Source: Lama guanicoe
Taxonomy: Eukaryota
DNA: 64,000 bases
Direction: 5' to 3'
Assembly (NCBI GenBank): GCA_013239625.1
Contig: MU054194.1
Coordinates: 122,120 to 186,119 of the forward strand
Below, piece by piece: positions 52,185 through 64,000 of this stretch (position 1 is its first letter; every line of letters begins with the position of its first letter). Below the pieces are notes generated by a model that worked only from the letters and a program-made list of their open reading frames with translations, was not told the DNA's origin and did no database searches. Position numbers and translations under genes: made by a program.

Positions 52185-53160
52185 AATCATCTTTTAAAGT
52201 TGTGCAAGAACTTTAATGGGATCAGCCCTAAGGATCAGCCCTACTGGGGAAGGGATGCACCTGTGGCACTTTTATGTGTCCTGTACCCTGTTCTCCCAGA
52301 GAGGAGCGTCCATTTGCTCTTCCTTCCAGGCAATCTGCTGGGTCCTCTGCCTCCACACATTGTCACCAGAGCTGGTTGTCACCAGGCTAAAGACCTGCCA
52401 GTCTGATGGTGGCCAATGCTGTCTCCGCAGTGTGTCCGTCTGCCTGTGTCCTCACCTGACACACACTGGCCACCTGCACTGCCTCTCATTGGAACTGACT
52501 GTGTGTGTTTTGTTTCTTTTCAGAACACGGGGTTTCAAGAGGTTTTTGGACCACAGGGATGTGAAGCCTTTCTCTGACCTTGGGTCATGAGGAACGCTTT
52601 TTCCAGGTTGTGGTTTGTCTTTCCAGCTGTCTTTCTTGACCTTTGTTTTCTGGTTTTGTTTGGTTTTATTTTGCTACAGGAAGAGCTAAGCATCTCCCTT
52701 CTGGCTCTGGTTTCACACTATGAACAGCAGTGCCTACCACGAGATTATGCACAGAGTTACTAAAAGGGCTTCATTTAGTATGTCTCATCTTTAATCCACC
52801 TGGATTTTCCTCTCAAAATACAAAAATGCTATTTCACATAAAAAACAAAAAAAATTCACCCATCTCTGCTTAAGATATATGGGCAGACAAAAAAAAAAAC
52901 CCACCATTTTTATGATTTCATTGATAGGAGACCTCCAGGATAGGTAAAGACACAGAAAGAGAAATGGGATTAGGGCTTATCACAGGCTGGGGGAGGGAGG
53001 ATGTGGGGTGTGCTTTGGATATGAGCTTTTACTTTGAGGAAGGAAATAGTCTGAAACCAGTGGTGTTGGTCTCACAGCATTGTGAATGCACCTAATGCAC
53101 CTTAATTGCACAATTTAAAATGGGAAAAGGCTAAACTTTATTTTTATAAACTTAAAATAT
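52185..53160. repeat. ~1-kb segment duplicated from ~48550-49560 (copy 2)
   Basis: Offset about 3.6 kb; includes the minus-strand AATAAA equivalent near 53137. Confidence 0.92.
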
Positions 53161-53175
53161 AAAAATAGAATATAC

Positions 53176-53883
53176 TATATTAGAAAAGAATAAATCTGAC
53201 TCCATATTAGATCTGTTCTTTTGGCTTTAACCCTGTGCCCTCTTTTCTAGGCTTAGTCTTACTAGCTGTGCTCCTTTTGTAAAACAATGTTGCCTTTAGC
53301 CTGGAGAGCCTATTCTCAAGGCTCTGATCTTTAAGGATATTAACACTTTTCCACTGATATAAAGACAACAAGTTGTAGAATAGAGAATAACTTTTGTCTT
53401 GTTAGAGGTTTTACGGAGGCACTATGACCTGATCCACGTAGACAGTTGCAGACCAAGATAATGGCAGACTAATGTCCTGGAGAACCATCTTCCCCAAGTC
53501 AGACTTTAGGCTCTTTTTTTTTTTAATAAAAAGGGCAAGGGCTGTGGTTGGTTGTTGCAAAGTTCTTGGTGTAGGATTTCTTTGTTCTTGGCATCATTTG
53601 CAGCTGTCCACGTGGGTCAGATCATGGTGTCCCTATAAAACCCCTAACAAGAAATCAGTTATTTTCTATTCTGCAACTTGTTATCTTTATAGGAGGGCAA
53701 AACTGTTAATATCCCTAAAGGCCAGAGCCTTGAGAATAGGCTCTACTGTTTATTTAAGTCTAAAGGCAACATTGTTTTACAAAACGTGCAGAGCTAGCAA
53801 GACTAAGTCTAGAAAACAGGGCACAGGTTTAAAGGAAAAGGAACAGATCTAATATGGAGTCAGATTTGTTCTTTTCCATTACA
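53176..53883. mobile_element. Two truncated LTRs of one ERV1-like family in inverted orientation (53176-53450 plus; 53452-53883 minus)
   Basis: Both begin T(G/A)TA(A/T)T(G/A)GAAAAGAA(C/T)AAATCTGACTCCATATTAGATCTGTTC and stay collinear for ~280 bp. Confidence 0.8.
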
Positions 53884-54871
53884 GTGCCTTTGGGTCAGAG
53901 CTAAGAGGATGTTTCCTGGGTGGGTCCTCCACTGTCCCAGGCTGGGGTTCAGGCAGGAGCCCTGCCAGATTCACCATGACTGTGGACCTGATCTCCCACA
54001 GAGAAAGTAACAATTATTGGATTAAAATTACCTGTCAAAATCCCTTCAATTACCTGTGAACTATTTCACAGCAGGGGATGTTTCATTAGCCAGTCAACTG
54101 TCCATCTCCCCTGATACAAGGGACCAGCATCGTGGCGGGCTCCAAGGTGGCCTGGCCAGTGCAGCTGCCTGCTTTGCTCTCCAGTCTTGGCTTCCTAACT
54201 TTGACACTTTCAAAGCTCCCATCCCTCTTCCCTCTGGCCTGGTGTGAATGAACAAGGTCACTGCACCCACCTGGGCTGAGCCCAAGCCACGCACACAGCC
54301 CCATACACACAGCCCACCATCTGCTGTCTACCCCTGGGCTCAAGTGCACCCTCTGAACTCCCCCACCCCCAAAGGTCCACATGCCCAGTGCCTCCACCTT
54401 AGGGGTCCAGATCACCATCAGGACCATTAACCACCCAAGGCCCACAGGCCAGTTTCGGGCTACCCGGGATCACCCTGACTCGTAGGCTCAGTTGAGGCGC
54501 AGGGCGTGGGGATCAGGGTGCCAGGGCAGGAGTTGGAACAGCCTCCAGCCCAGCCTGCCTCACCCAGTAGCCTCAGACACTAACTATGCAGGTGCACACT
54601 AGGCCGGATCCCCTGCTGGTGGCAGTAGTCATCATTACTGGAGCCCTGATATCCCTGCACCAACCACAGGGTGAGGGGTGAGGGAGTCAGCTCAGCGTAG
54701 GGGTGCACTCTGAGTGAAGGGGATCACGTGGTGAGGGGATACAGGTTGAGGGGTGAGGGGCCCGCTCAGAGTGGAACTGACCTGGCTGAGAGGTGAGGGG
54801 GACAATCTCAAGATGGTGGGGGTCCTGCAATGAGGCATGAGGGGTAAGTTTGGGGGTGTAGGGGCCATAGG

Positions 54872-55425
54872 TTAAGACCTAGCAGGATGAAGTGTCGGGG
54901 CAGGGACCTCAGCATGAGGAGAAGGAGCCCCGTCTTCAAGGTCTGGTGGGAGACTGGGTCTGGCCATGGGTGGGAGGGTAGTAACAAGGAGGAGAAGGTG
55001 AGCAGGGGGATTGGGGCTGGCGGGGTGTGGCCTGGCCCAGGGCGGTTGTGGTTCTAATTCAGTACCAGGACCCAGTCGGTGGCGGGATGGGGGCGTTGGG
55101 GATGGTGACCCGGTGGGACAAGCCGGAGGGGCCCCACTTGGCTCCTCCCGGCCCCAGTGGCCAGGTCCGGTAAAGCAGGAGACCCACCTGAGCAGTTTGC
55201 GCTGCGGGCGGGAGGAGGAGGGGCGCGCACGCGCAGACGGACAGACGCGCGGACGCCGGAACCCACCCAGAACGCGTGGAAGCTGGCGGCAGCCGGTTGC
55301 TCCTGGACCAGCTCCTGGAAGAGGAACAAGGCCTGGGGTCTGGGCCGCCGCTTGCCCTTGGCTCTGCTGGTGGGCGCTGGTGGGGCCGCGCTGGTCGTGG
55401 AGCCAGCAGGTGACGCCTGGGCTAT
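54872..55425 (-). other. Candidate small two-exon gene or pseudogene in a CpG island, unidentified
   Basis: Exon 55425-55267, 65-nt intron GTGGGT...CCCGCAG (55266-55202), exon from 55201. Splicing gives in-frame FQELVQEQPAAASFHAFW|RKLLRWVSCF. GATATAAG upstream near 55580. First codon is ATA. Confidence 0.45.
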
Positions 55426-56579
55426 GCAGTTGTGAAGGCGCACAGGGAGGGGTGCGTAGGTGAGGTCCAGGCAGCACTTCCGTTAGGACCTCGAGGCAGG
55501 TCCCGGCCGCTGCTGTGGTTCGCGGTGCACCCCCACCACATTAGTAGTCCCTGAACCCCGCGTTTTTGCCGCCGCTTATATCCCAGTTTAGGATAGCAGG
55601 TACAGCCCCGGAAGGTGGGAGGGCACCGGACGTCCCCGGAGCATCTGCGACTGCCCTCAGACCATGGCCTGCTCCCGGGAGGCGGGTGCAGTGCGATCTC
55701 TGGGCCTCGGATGGAATGAGGGCTGCCCCATGAGAGCCCCTGAATTTGCTCCCATCTGCCCCACGGCCTGACCTTGGAGGCGGCCTCTAAAGCCCCAGGT
55801 TTGCGGGACTCAGGTTACAGGTCAGGCTGCTACTGGGAGGTGGGCACGGTGTGGTCAGTGTGCGGGGTTGGCTGCAGCAACAGCGGGAAATGGTAGCAAA
55901 CCCCCGCGCTCTCACAAGGCAGCCCCAATCTCGCCATCGCAGCCGCCGCCATCCCCTGACAGCACAGCGCCTGCCTTCCAGGAACAGGATGACCTGTAAC
56001 CTGAGTTCCATGAACCTAGGGCAGTAGAGGCCAAGCCAAGGCCATGCGTTGGGGAGTTTGAAGCAAATCCACAGGCTCCCATGGGCAGACCCCATAACCC
56101 GCCGCTGCCTTTGACCACACCGCGCCCTCCTCCTGGGAGCAGGCTGACCTGGGGACCATGCCAGGGGCAGCAGAGGCTGAGCGCAGGACAGGCCATGGGG
56201 GAGATAGGGGCATATCGACCATCTTGCAATGGGCAGCTCCCCTCTCCCCGCTGCAGCCCCAGGTTCGCGGATCACTTGTTTCCAAGTCAGTGGGCTCCTG
56301 GGAGGCAGGCGCGTGTGGTCACGAGGCGGGGACTGCGGGGAGGGGTGCTGCCCCAGGGGGAGGGTGGACTTGCTCCCATCTCCCCCAGGGCCAGACCTGG
56401 GGATGGCCTCTGCTGCCCCAGGTTCACAGAATGCATGTCATGTCAGCCTGTTCCTTGGAGGAGGGCTCAGTGTACTTGGGGCAGCCTCAGTGGCTGACAG
56501 GGACTTTAGAAGTGGTATCTAGCCCAGCATAACTAACTCCCCTTTCTTCTCTTGCTTCCTCAGTTGGTGGCTGTATCAA

Positions 56580-57712
56580 CTTTTTCATTATACGTTATTG
56601 CTGGATAATGAACATAGGTTTCTGTGCTATACAGAAGAAGTTTTATTTAAAATCTCTTTTTATATATAGTGGCTAACATTTGTAAATCTCAAACTCCCAA
56701 ATTTATCCCTTCCCATCCCCTTTCCCTGGTAACCTTAAGATTGTTTAGTAAGTCTGCAAGTCTGTTGCTGTTTTGTAGATGAGTTCAGAGTGTCTTTTTC
56801 TTTCTTTTTTTAGGTTGAAAATATGAGTGATATCATTTGTTATTTTTCTGTTTCTGGCTCCCTTCACTTAGAATGACGATCTCTAGATCCATCCATGTTG
56901 CTGCAAATGGTGTTATTTTGTCCTTTTCATGATAGAGTAGTATTCCAGCATATAAATATACCACAACTTCTTTATCCAGTCATCTGTTGCTACATTTAGG
57001 TTGCCTCCATGTCTCAGCTATTGTATACAGTGGTGCTATGAATACTGGGGTATAGCATTCACATTGGAGTTCCCTCCAGTTATATACCCAGAAGTGGAAT
57101 TGCTGGATCATAGGGTAATTCTACTTTTATTATTTTGAGGGATTTCCATGTTTTCCATAATGACTACACCAAACTACATTCCCACCAGCAGTGTAAGAGG
57201 GTTCCCTTTTCTCCACAGCTTCTCCAGCATTTGTCATTTGTGGATTTTTGAAAGATGGCCATTCTGACTGGTGTGAGCTGATACCTCATTGTAGTGTTGA
57301 TTTCCATTTCTCTGTTAATTAGTGATATTGAGCATTTTTTCAGGTGCCTATTGGCCATTTGTATGTCTTCATTGGAGAAATGCTTGTTTAGGTTTTCTGC
57401 CCATTTTTGGATTGAGTTTTTTGTTTTTTTTTTTTGTTATTAAGTTGTATGAGCTGTTTATATATTCTGGAAATTAAGCCTTTGTTAGTAATATCATTTG
57501 CAAATATTTTCTCCCATTTGTAGGTTGTTGTATTGTTTTACTTATGGTTGCCTTTGCTGTGAAGAAACTTATGAGTTTAATTATGTCCCATTTCTTTATT
57601 TTTGCTCTTATTTCCATTGTCTTGGTAGATTGCCCTAGGAGAATGTTGCTAAGATTTATGTCAGATAATGTTTTGCCTATGTTTTCTTTTAGGAGATTTA
57701 TCATGTCTTGTC
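56580..57712 (-). mobile_element. 5'-truncated L1 (ORF2 C-terminus and 3' UTR)
   Basis: ORFs [14 protein letters not shown] and [19 protein letters not shown]. Confidence 0.9.
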
Positions 57713-60700
57713 CATCTGCATCTTAAGCCTGTACTCTAGATCTGTGCTTCAGTTTTGAATTTCGAGCTTCTTAGAGAACACCTGCTCTTAGCTCATATGT
57801 CAGATTCAACATGTCTAAAGCTGGTTTCATAATCTTTTTCTTGCAGCACCTCCACTTATTCAGTGAGATAATCATTCTTCCAGTCCTGAACACCAAAAGG
57901 CTTGGAATGGTCTTTGATTTATCTTTCTGTCACCACCCTCCACATTTTGTCAGCTTCTGGAACTGTATGATTTTGGTTTCAAGTGTCTATTCTGATTCCT
58001 GATACTCTGATGAAGAGCTTTCATCCCTGATACTTGAATGTTTCCTTTTGTTGAACTCTTGGATATTCTCTCCCCACCTGTCTACCTACAGTTTGACCTT
58101 CCAACGTGTAGAGTCATGTCAAAGACTTACCACAAAAGGATCTCTCAGCCAGGTAGTCTCAGCCCTCCATCATTTTGGCCTTACCTTATGTGTTCCAATC
58201 ATTATGTGCCTTAGCCTCCTTGTGTAACCTGTGCTTTATCAAAATCCAGGAGTCTCCAGCCTTTTCCTATCCAGTCCTGAGTTAAAACAGTTTAGAATTG
58301 CCCTGAGAACTAGTTGGAACCCCGTCCCCTTCATAGAGTCTTCCCTATTTACTCCAACTACTTCTAGCTCCCCTTTGTATTCCTGCACTGTTTATGACTG
58401 GTAGCCCATAATCTTGGCTTTGAGTACTGACTTGGTGCCATTCCCAGGTGGTTTCCAGTGTGCCTCCTTGCTTAGCTAGTAACTGGAGAAGACTCCCTTG
58501 TTCAGCCTCCTTTATACCCCTCACCCTGCTTAGCATCAGGCAATAGCAGGCATCCAGGCAGTGCTTACCTACTTTATTTATTCGCAGGGGTGGTGGTGTG
58601 GAGTATAGCTAATAACTTTTAATTCAGTGTTGCAATTAATAAGAAAATTCAAGACATAAAAATTTATCATGTTCAGTTTAGTGCTTTACCTCAACAGTTT
58701 TCTAAACTCTGTGTTTACATTCACATAGTGTTCAGTGCTTGTACAGTTCCCTGAGGCAAGCAGATGAGATGTTATTATGTTTGATTTTCACATTATGTTT
58801 CATATTGGATATATTTGTGGAATGACAAAACCTTCTTTTATAAATACACAGCCGGAAGCACAGAGATACTAAGAGCCTAACCTAGAGTCACCTGTTTAGT
58901 GCGGGGCACAGGCCAGGACTGCAGTTCCCATCTTCCAGCTGATCCTCTTCCAATGCCTTTTCATTCCAGTGCTGGGAAATGTAGCCCCATCAGCCAAATG
59001 GCCAAGTAGTTTTGCTGCCCCCTTACCTGCCAGTGATGGCACTGCTACAAAAAGTGGCCAAAGAAAGGTCAGAAATAGGAGTGATAAAAGACATGGAAGT
59101 GCTGGAAATGGATCCTCAACCTCCTCCTCCCTATTTGAGCTCCTCACAAGTGTCCCACTCTGACAGTGCTATTCATTGTTTATAACATAGTCTTTAAAAT
59201 GAGACTGATGTTTTATAGGACATGCTTTTGCCCTGTTCCCTTTCCTGCTAGTAGTCACTGTCAGGGACAGAAAGTGCCTGACTGTGCTCTCTTTGTCACG
59301 TAGTTGGGAGGGAAAGTGGGAGAGGGAGCAGGTTGAACTGAAGCTGAGCTTTCTACAGCTCTGTTGTTCTACGATCAGAGCAGTTCCACTTCTGCTTTCA
59401 TCACCTCTCCACCTCTGAGTCCCAGCCACCCCCTCTTGCCTGCTTCCCCACATGCCACATCCTCGGGGAGGACAGGGTGGTGGGCAATGCCTCCTCTACC
59501 CTCCGCTCTGGGAGGTGCAGGAGTCTGCTTTAACTGTTGAGCCATTTTGGTAATTGGGCTTTTCCAGCTTTTCTAGACATCTCTTTCCAGCTCTGAGAAA
59601 TTGGAGATGTAACTTTTAGCCATACATGGACTATACTAATATATTCAGTGGCATTAATGTGATGTTGTCTGTAACGTGTTCTGTGACTGGATAGGAGGTT
59701 TTTTATCTCACAGGATGCTTCACCTGCAATTCTAAAGGCCTACAGGCTGCAGGTGTAATTCAAGTTCTTACATGTCTGTAGGGCAGACATGAACATTATT
59801 TGGTAATATGACCATATGTTCATAGATTACAGTAAGTCTGCCGGCTCTGTATCCAATTAAAGTTTAAATTCCAAACACTTGAAGAAACTACAGAACATTT
59901 CTTTTTGCCTGTAATTAGTTGCAAACACTGAAAACACAACTCTTCCACAAGCCACAGTGTTTCCAGTGGAGAAAGCCCTCTACTTTTACAACCTCTAAGT
60001 AATGCGGTGGTTCTTTGGGTGAGATGAGGGATGACACAGTATGTTGTTGGGATAGTAGAGTGGCATGACAAGTATTCTGGGACTGGTTACAGTTGAATCT
60101 CTACTCCTATATCCTGGACTGATTACAGAGGCAATGTTAGTGCGATAACCAGCTTCTGAATGCAAGTGTAGCTAGAAAGACAACAGAGAAAATAGAAGGG
60201 ATATAAAGTAATGGAGGAACTTCAGAGCAGTACAATGGTGACTTTGACACCACCAGCTACTGACATGAACTTGGTAGGAATTTGTGAGAAGTGGTGGGTG
60301 ACTCATTGCAAGCAGGGGAGTCCTGCAGATTTTGGGGTGAACAGGCAAAGGGGAGAGCAGATATTGTGGCCACCTGGGAGCTGAGTATTTGTGTTCTGAA
60401 TGTGAAAATTTCTCGTCCCCTGTTCAATTTTGCAGCCACAACTTCACATGACTCAGGGCATTATTTCCACCTGAAAACCAAAAAAAAAAAAACAAAAAAC
60501 CTCTGTTTCCTAAAATGTTTGTTCTTGATCTGAGATGATTGTCCTGTGGTAGGAGGTAAGTGGATAATGGGGCCTATTACATCACCCCCTTTCACTAAAA
60601 GTCTACCTAGCTGCTTTTCACCTTACTCCTAGAGGTGCTGTCATTCAGTTATACCTAGACCTGTAAAAAGGGCTTTCCTGAATCCTGACATGAAGAGGGA

Positions 60701-61205
60701 TGGTTATGTGTAGTTTTAAAAAATTGCTTGGGTCATGTGGCCCTTTGTTCCTTCCATTGGAAATCACTATTCCAAAGCAAATAGTATGCATCTAAAGAAA
60801 CTATGTTATTTCTAAGGTGTCCTCAGAAGTTTTGCAGTAGGTTTAAATCTTTGCTTGGTGATGGCATCTTGATTGTTTGAAGGAGGCAGCCCTCATTAAG
60901 GGCTTTATTTGCTTCCTGTTTGAGAGTTCCATTACTGGCAGTAGAGTGTTCTTAGGCAGAGTTAGAAAGTTACCTGGTCTGAGAAGCCGACCTTGCCTGC
61001 AGCTGGGAATTGGCAGAAGAGTCGATTATGGAAGGAAGGCTTTAGGATTATCTGGTAGCAGAGTTCTGGGATCCAAACCCTGGGAAACCTCAGCTCTTGT
61101 AGAGTATGTTCTGTAACAATAGGCTATTGGATAATTTTAATACTGATTATGGGATGTAGAGTTGGGAAAGACTTAAAAGTAAAAGAACTTCAAAAAAGAA
61201 TCTCC

Positions 61206-61364
61206 TGGGGAGGGTATAGTTCAATTGGTAGAGCTGATGCTTAGCATGCACAAGGTCCTGGGTTCAATCCCCAGTACCTCCTCCAAAAATAAACTTAATT
61301 ACCTATGCCCTGCCAAAGTAAAAATAATTAAATAATGCAATAATAAATAAATAAAAATATTAAT
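61206..61364 (+). mobile_element. tRNA-Ala-derived SINE (Vic-1 type) with TSD
   Basis: GGGAGGGTATAGTTCAATTGGTAGAGC...GGTCCTGGGTTCAATCCCCAGTACCTCC with an AT-rich tail. TSD AAAGAATCTCC at 61195 and 61365. Confidence 0.88.
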
Positions 61365-62639
61365 AAAGAATCTCCAAATATTTTAAAGAAAACAGTTCTT
61401 AGAATGAGAGCTTTTCTACATAAGACAAACTCTTCACAGGGGAAGCAGGGAGAAGGTGTAACTTCACTTACGGTAACTTAAAAGTTAAACCTTACCCTCC
61501 CACTTGGCTGTTTCCTGGTGTATGTTCATTTTCCACATCTGTAGTTTTAGACGTGTTGTGTCATTTTCTGGTACTCCATTCTGCTTCTGACTGAGACTGA
61601 CACAAACTCACATAGCAATTGAAAAATTATACAAAGGGGTTTATTGTTAAAAATGTAGACCTGTGGCAGGGTGCTGCATTTGCAAGTGACTCAGTACAGA
61701 GAACACTTAAAAGAATGCAGTGTTATTTCTTCTTTATTCCTTTAAGCTTTTGAATAGAAGCTTTTCTTTGCAGAGTTTCTGGAGTACATCAGAAAAAGCA
61801 GGAACTAATAATAGCTTTAAGAAAGCACCAGTATAGACGTTGCTTATTGTATGGTATGTGTCTTAAAGTTAATTCGTTAAAGCCAGAAGTTGTAGCTCTC
61901 AATTTCTTAAGCAAATATAAACATTCTTGACACTTAATGACATTCTTTGTAGGGCAGAGCTGCTTTTGCTTCCATTCTGAGCATTGAAAGGCCTTCTATG
62001 ATAGTTCTACCAGTCCTCAATATTTTATTTTCCCTCTGTTGTGAACTTAACTTATTAAACTTGAAGCAGATATAAATATCATTAACTTGCTACTTATGTA
62101 GATATTCAGTGTTACATAGTCAGAAAGTTTGTGTACATCACACGTATCTACATAATTCCCCCCTTTCCAACTGTGTTCCTGATGAAAGGATGGTGGGAAA
62201 TGGCATTATGGGGATATGTCTTACAGTACACAGTGTTTCCCCTGTTCCCTCTACCAGATCTGGATGTTCTTTCATCTTTCGGCTTCTAGACTTACTAGCT
62301 CTTTTTCTTCAGCCAGGTGTAACTCATCCCCCTGTGCACGCGCGCACACACACACACACACACACGGCCGTAGGGAGTAGCGTGTACCATCCATTTCTCC
62401 CACTCCAGCTCTGGACCTACCCACTGGAGGCAATGTCTTGCACTAATTCATTTGTAAGTTCCCTTTAAAAACTCCAGTGGTTGGGAAACTGGGCTGATAT
62501 CCACAATGAGTAGGCAGGCCCTCAAGGGATCAGGTGTCTCTCAATTAGTGTTGATTCTGGGCCTGGGGACATGAGCAAGGTTAACTTCTATGGTTAATGT
62601 CAGGTTATCTTAATATTTGAGTACTTGGGTTTCATGTCT

Positions 62640-63636
62640 TCCTCTACCACCTGTGTGACCCATGATTCCCACATTTCTGTCTCCCGCTAGACTTTTTCTC
62701 TCCAACTCTGGACTCTTAAAATCTTCTGCTGATTTGACATCTTCACTTGAAACTCTGATATCTTAAAACCAACATGTGTGAAAACTGAGCTCTTGGTCCT
62801 CACCCTAAACTGTTCTGCAGCCTCCCCCATTCAGTTAGTGGAAACTTAACCCTTCCAGCTGCTTGGGTCAAAAAACCTGGGGTTATTCTGACTCTCACTG
62901 ACATAAACCATGCATTCTGTCAACAGATCTGGTTTAACACTGCCTTTAAAACAGATCCAGAACCCAGCCACTTCTCACCATGGCTCCTGCCTCCACTGAT
63001 GCTTCCCTGCCCTGAGCCACTGTCCTCTCCTCCTGCACAGCCCTTCTCAGAGGCTTCCCTCCTTTCATATCTGACCTGTATGGACTATTCTCACCCGGCA
63101 GTCAAGTGAGCCTTTGAAAACCTAAGTTAGATTGTGTCATCCTTCTGCTGAGCCTCCCCATTTCACTCCTGGTAAAAGCCACAGTCCTTACAATGTCCTT
63201 CAAGGCCGTACAGGATCTGCACTGCCCCCTCCCCGCAGCCCTAGCCCTGCACCCATCCTGGAACATGCGAGGTGCATGCTGGCCTTGGTGTTGGTTATTC
63301 AGTCCTCCTGGGCCTTCTCACCTCTTAGTCCTAGTTCTAACCTCAGTCCTCAGGTTGGCCTGCTCTGATATTTAATACAACATCACCCTCATCCCATACT
63401 CTCAACTCTCTTTACCTTGCCCTTTTTTCTTTTTTCCATGGTTCCTCTTTCCTAACTTGCCACCTCCTCTGCTGCTCTGTTGTGTGAATTGTAACCTCCA
63501 CCCCCAGCCCCAGCCAGACTCCAGCCAAGCTCCATGAGGACAGGACTTTTGTTTTGTTTATTGATCTATTCCAAGTGCCTAGACCAGTCCTGGGTACATA
63601 GTAGGCAGTCAAAAATTATTTGCTGAATAAATTAAA
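62640..63636 (+). mobile_element. LINE-2 3' region
   Basis: Typical L2 3' end AGCTCCATGAGGACAGGACTTT...GTACATAGTAGGCAGTCAAAAATTATTTGCTGAAT. Confidence 0.7.
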
Positions 63637-64000
63637 AGACTATTTTAAAAATGAATCATCCTTTCAGGAACGGGTGAGGAAAGGAAGCTGCATGAAGAAA
63701 AATGGTGCAGTAAATAATGATATTTGCCTGTTGTTCTTTGTGTGATATATATATGTTTCTTTAGGCTTAATTTGGTATCCCAGTTTCTTAATTTAATAGT
63801 TGTATTAAGGTATAATTTACAGGCCATAAAATTCACACATTATAATTGTACAAGTCTGTCATTTTAGCTACTTCTAGAGTTGTGTAACTGTGTCCTCAAA
63901 ACGTCCCGTTGTGTCCGTCCGTATGCAGTTAGCCCTCCCCTCAGTGGCACCCTGATTTTATTTTATTTTTTTTGACAACCACATCTCAAAAGAATAATTT

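Noticed and set aside
61206..61285. tRNA-Ala gene (also 14140-14210)
   Set aside because: Degenerate cloverleaf, AT-rich tail and TSD indicate a SINE.

Overview
Mammalian genomic DNA, probably camelid given its tRNA-Ala-derived Vic-1-type SINEs, with the look of a pericentromeric or duplication-rich mosaic. 1-11.4 kb is a defective gamma-type endogenous retrovirus (pol, env, 3' LTR on +). Its pol is split by a 6.6-kb antisense insert of the same family (868-7489) bounded by LTRs and an ATCT target-site duplication. The insert holds internally deleted proviral copies, two tRNA-Thr primer-binding sites and about 4 monomers of a ~247-bp satellite. A diverged, inverted patch of the same satellite lies at ~20.2-20.7 kb, just before an unprocessed POFUT2 pseudogene (promoter, exons 1-2) that ends in an L1. 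The rest contains a full-length degenerate L1 (33.9-40.9 kb, minus), a 4-exon CDRT15/RalGDS-like-N-terminus ('MFxCC') pseudogene in a ~3.6-kb tandem unit, a ~700-bp fold-back LTR palindrome, an unidentified small two-exon CpG-island gene candidate (~55 kb) and ordinary L1/L2/SINE/DNA-transposon remnants. I found no intact known protein-coding gene. All family assignments come from motif recognition, not database searches.
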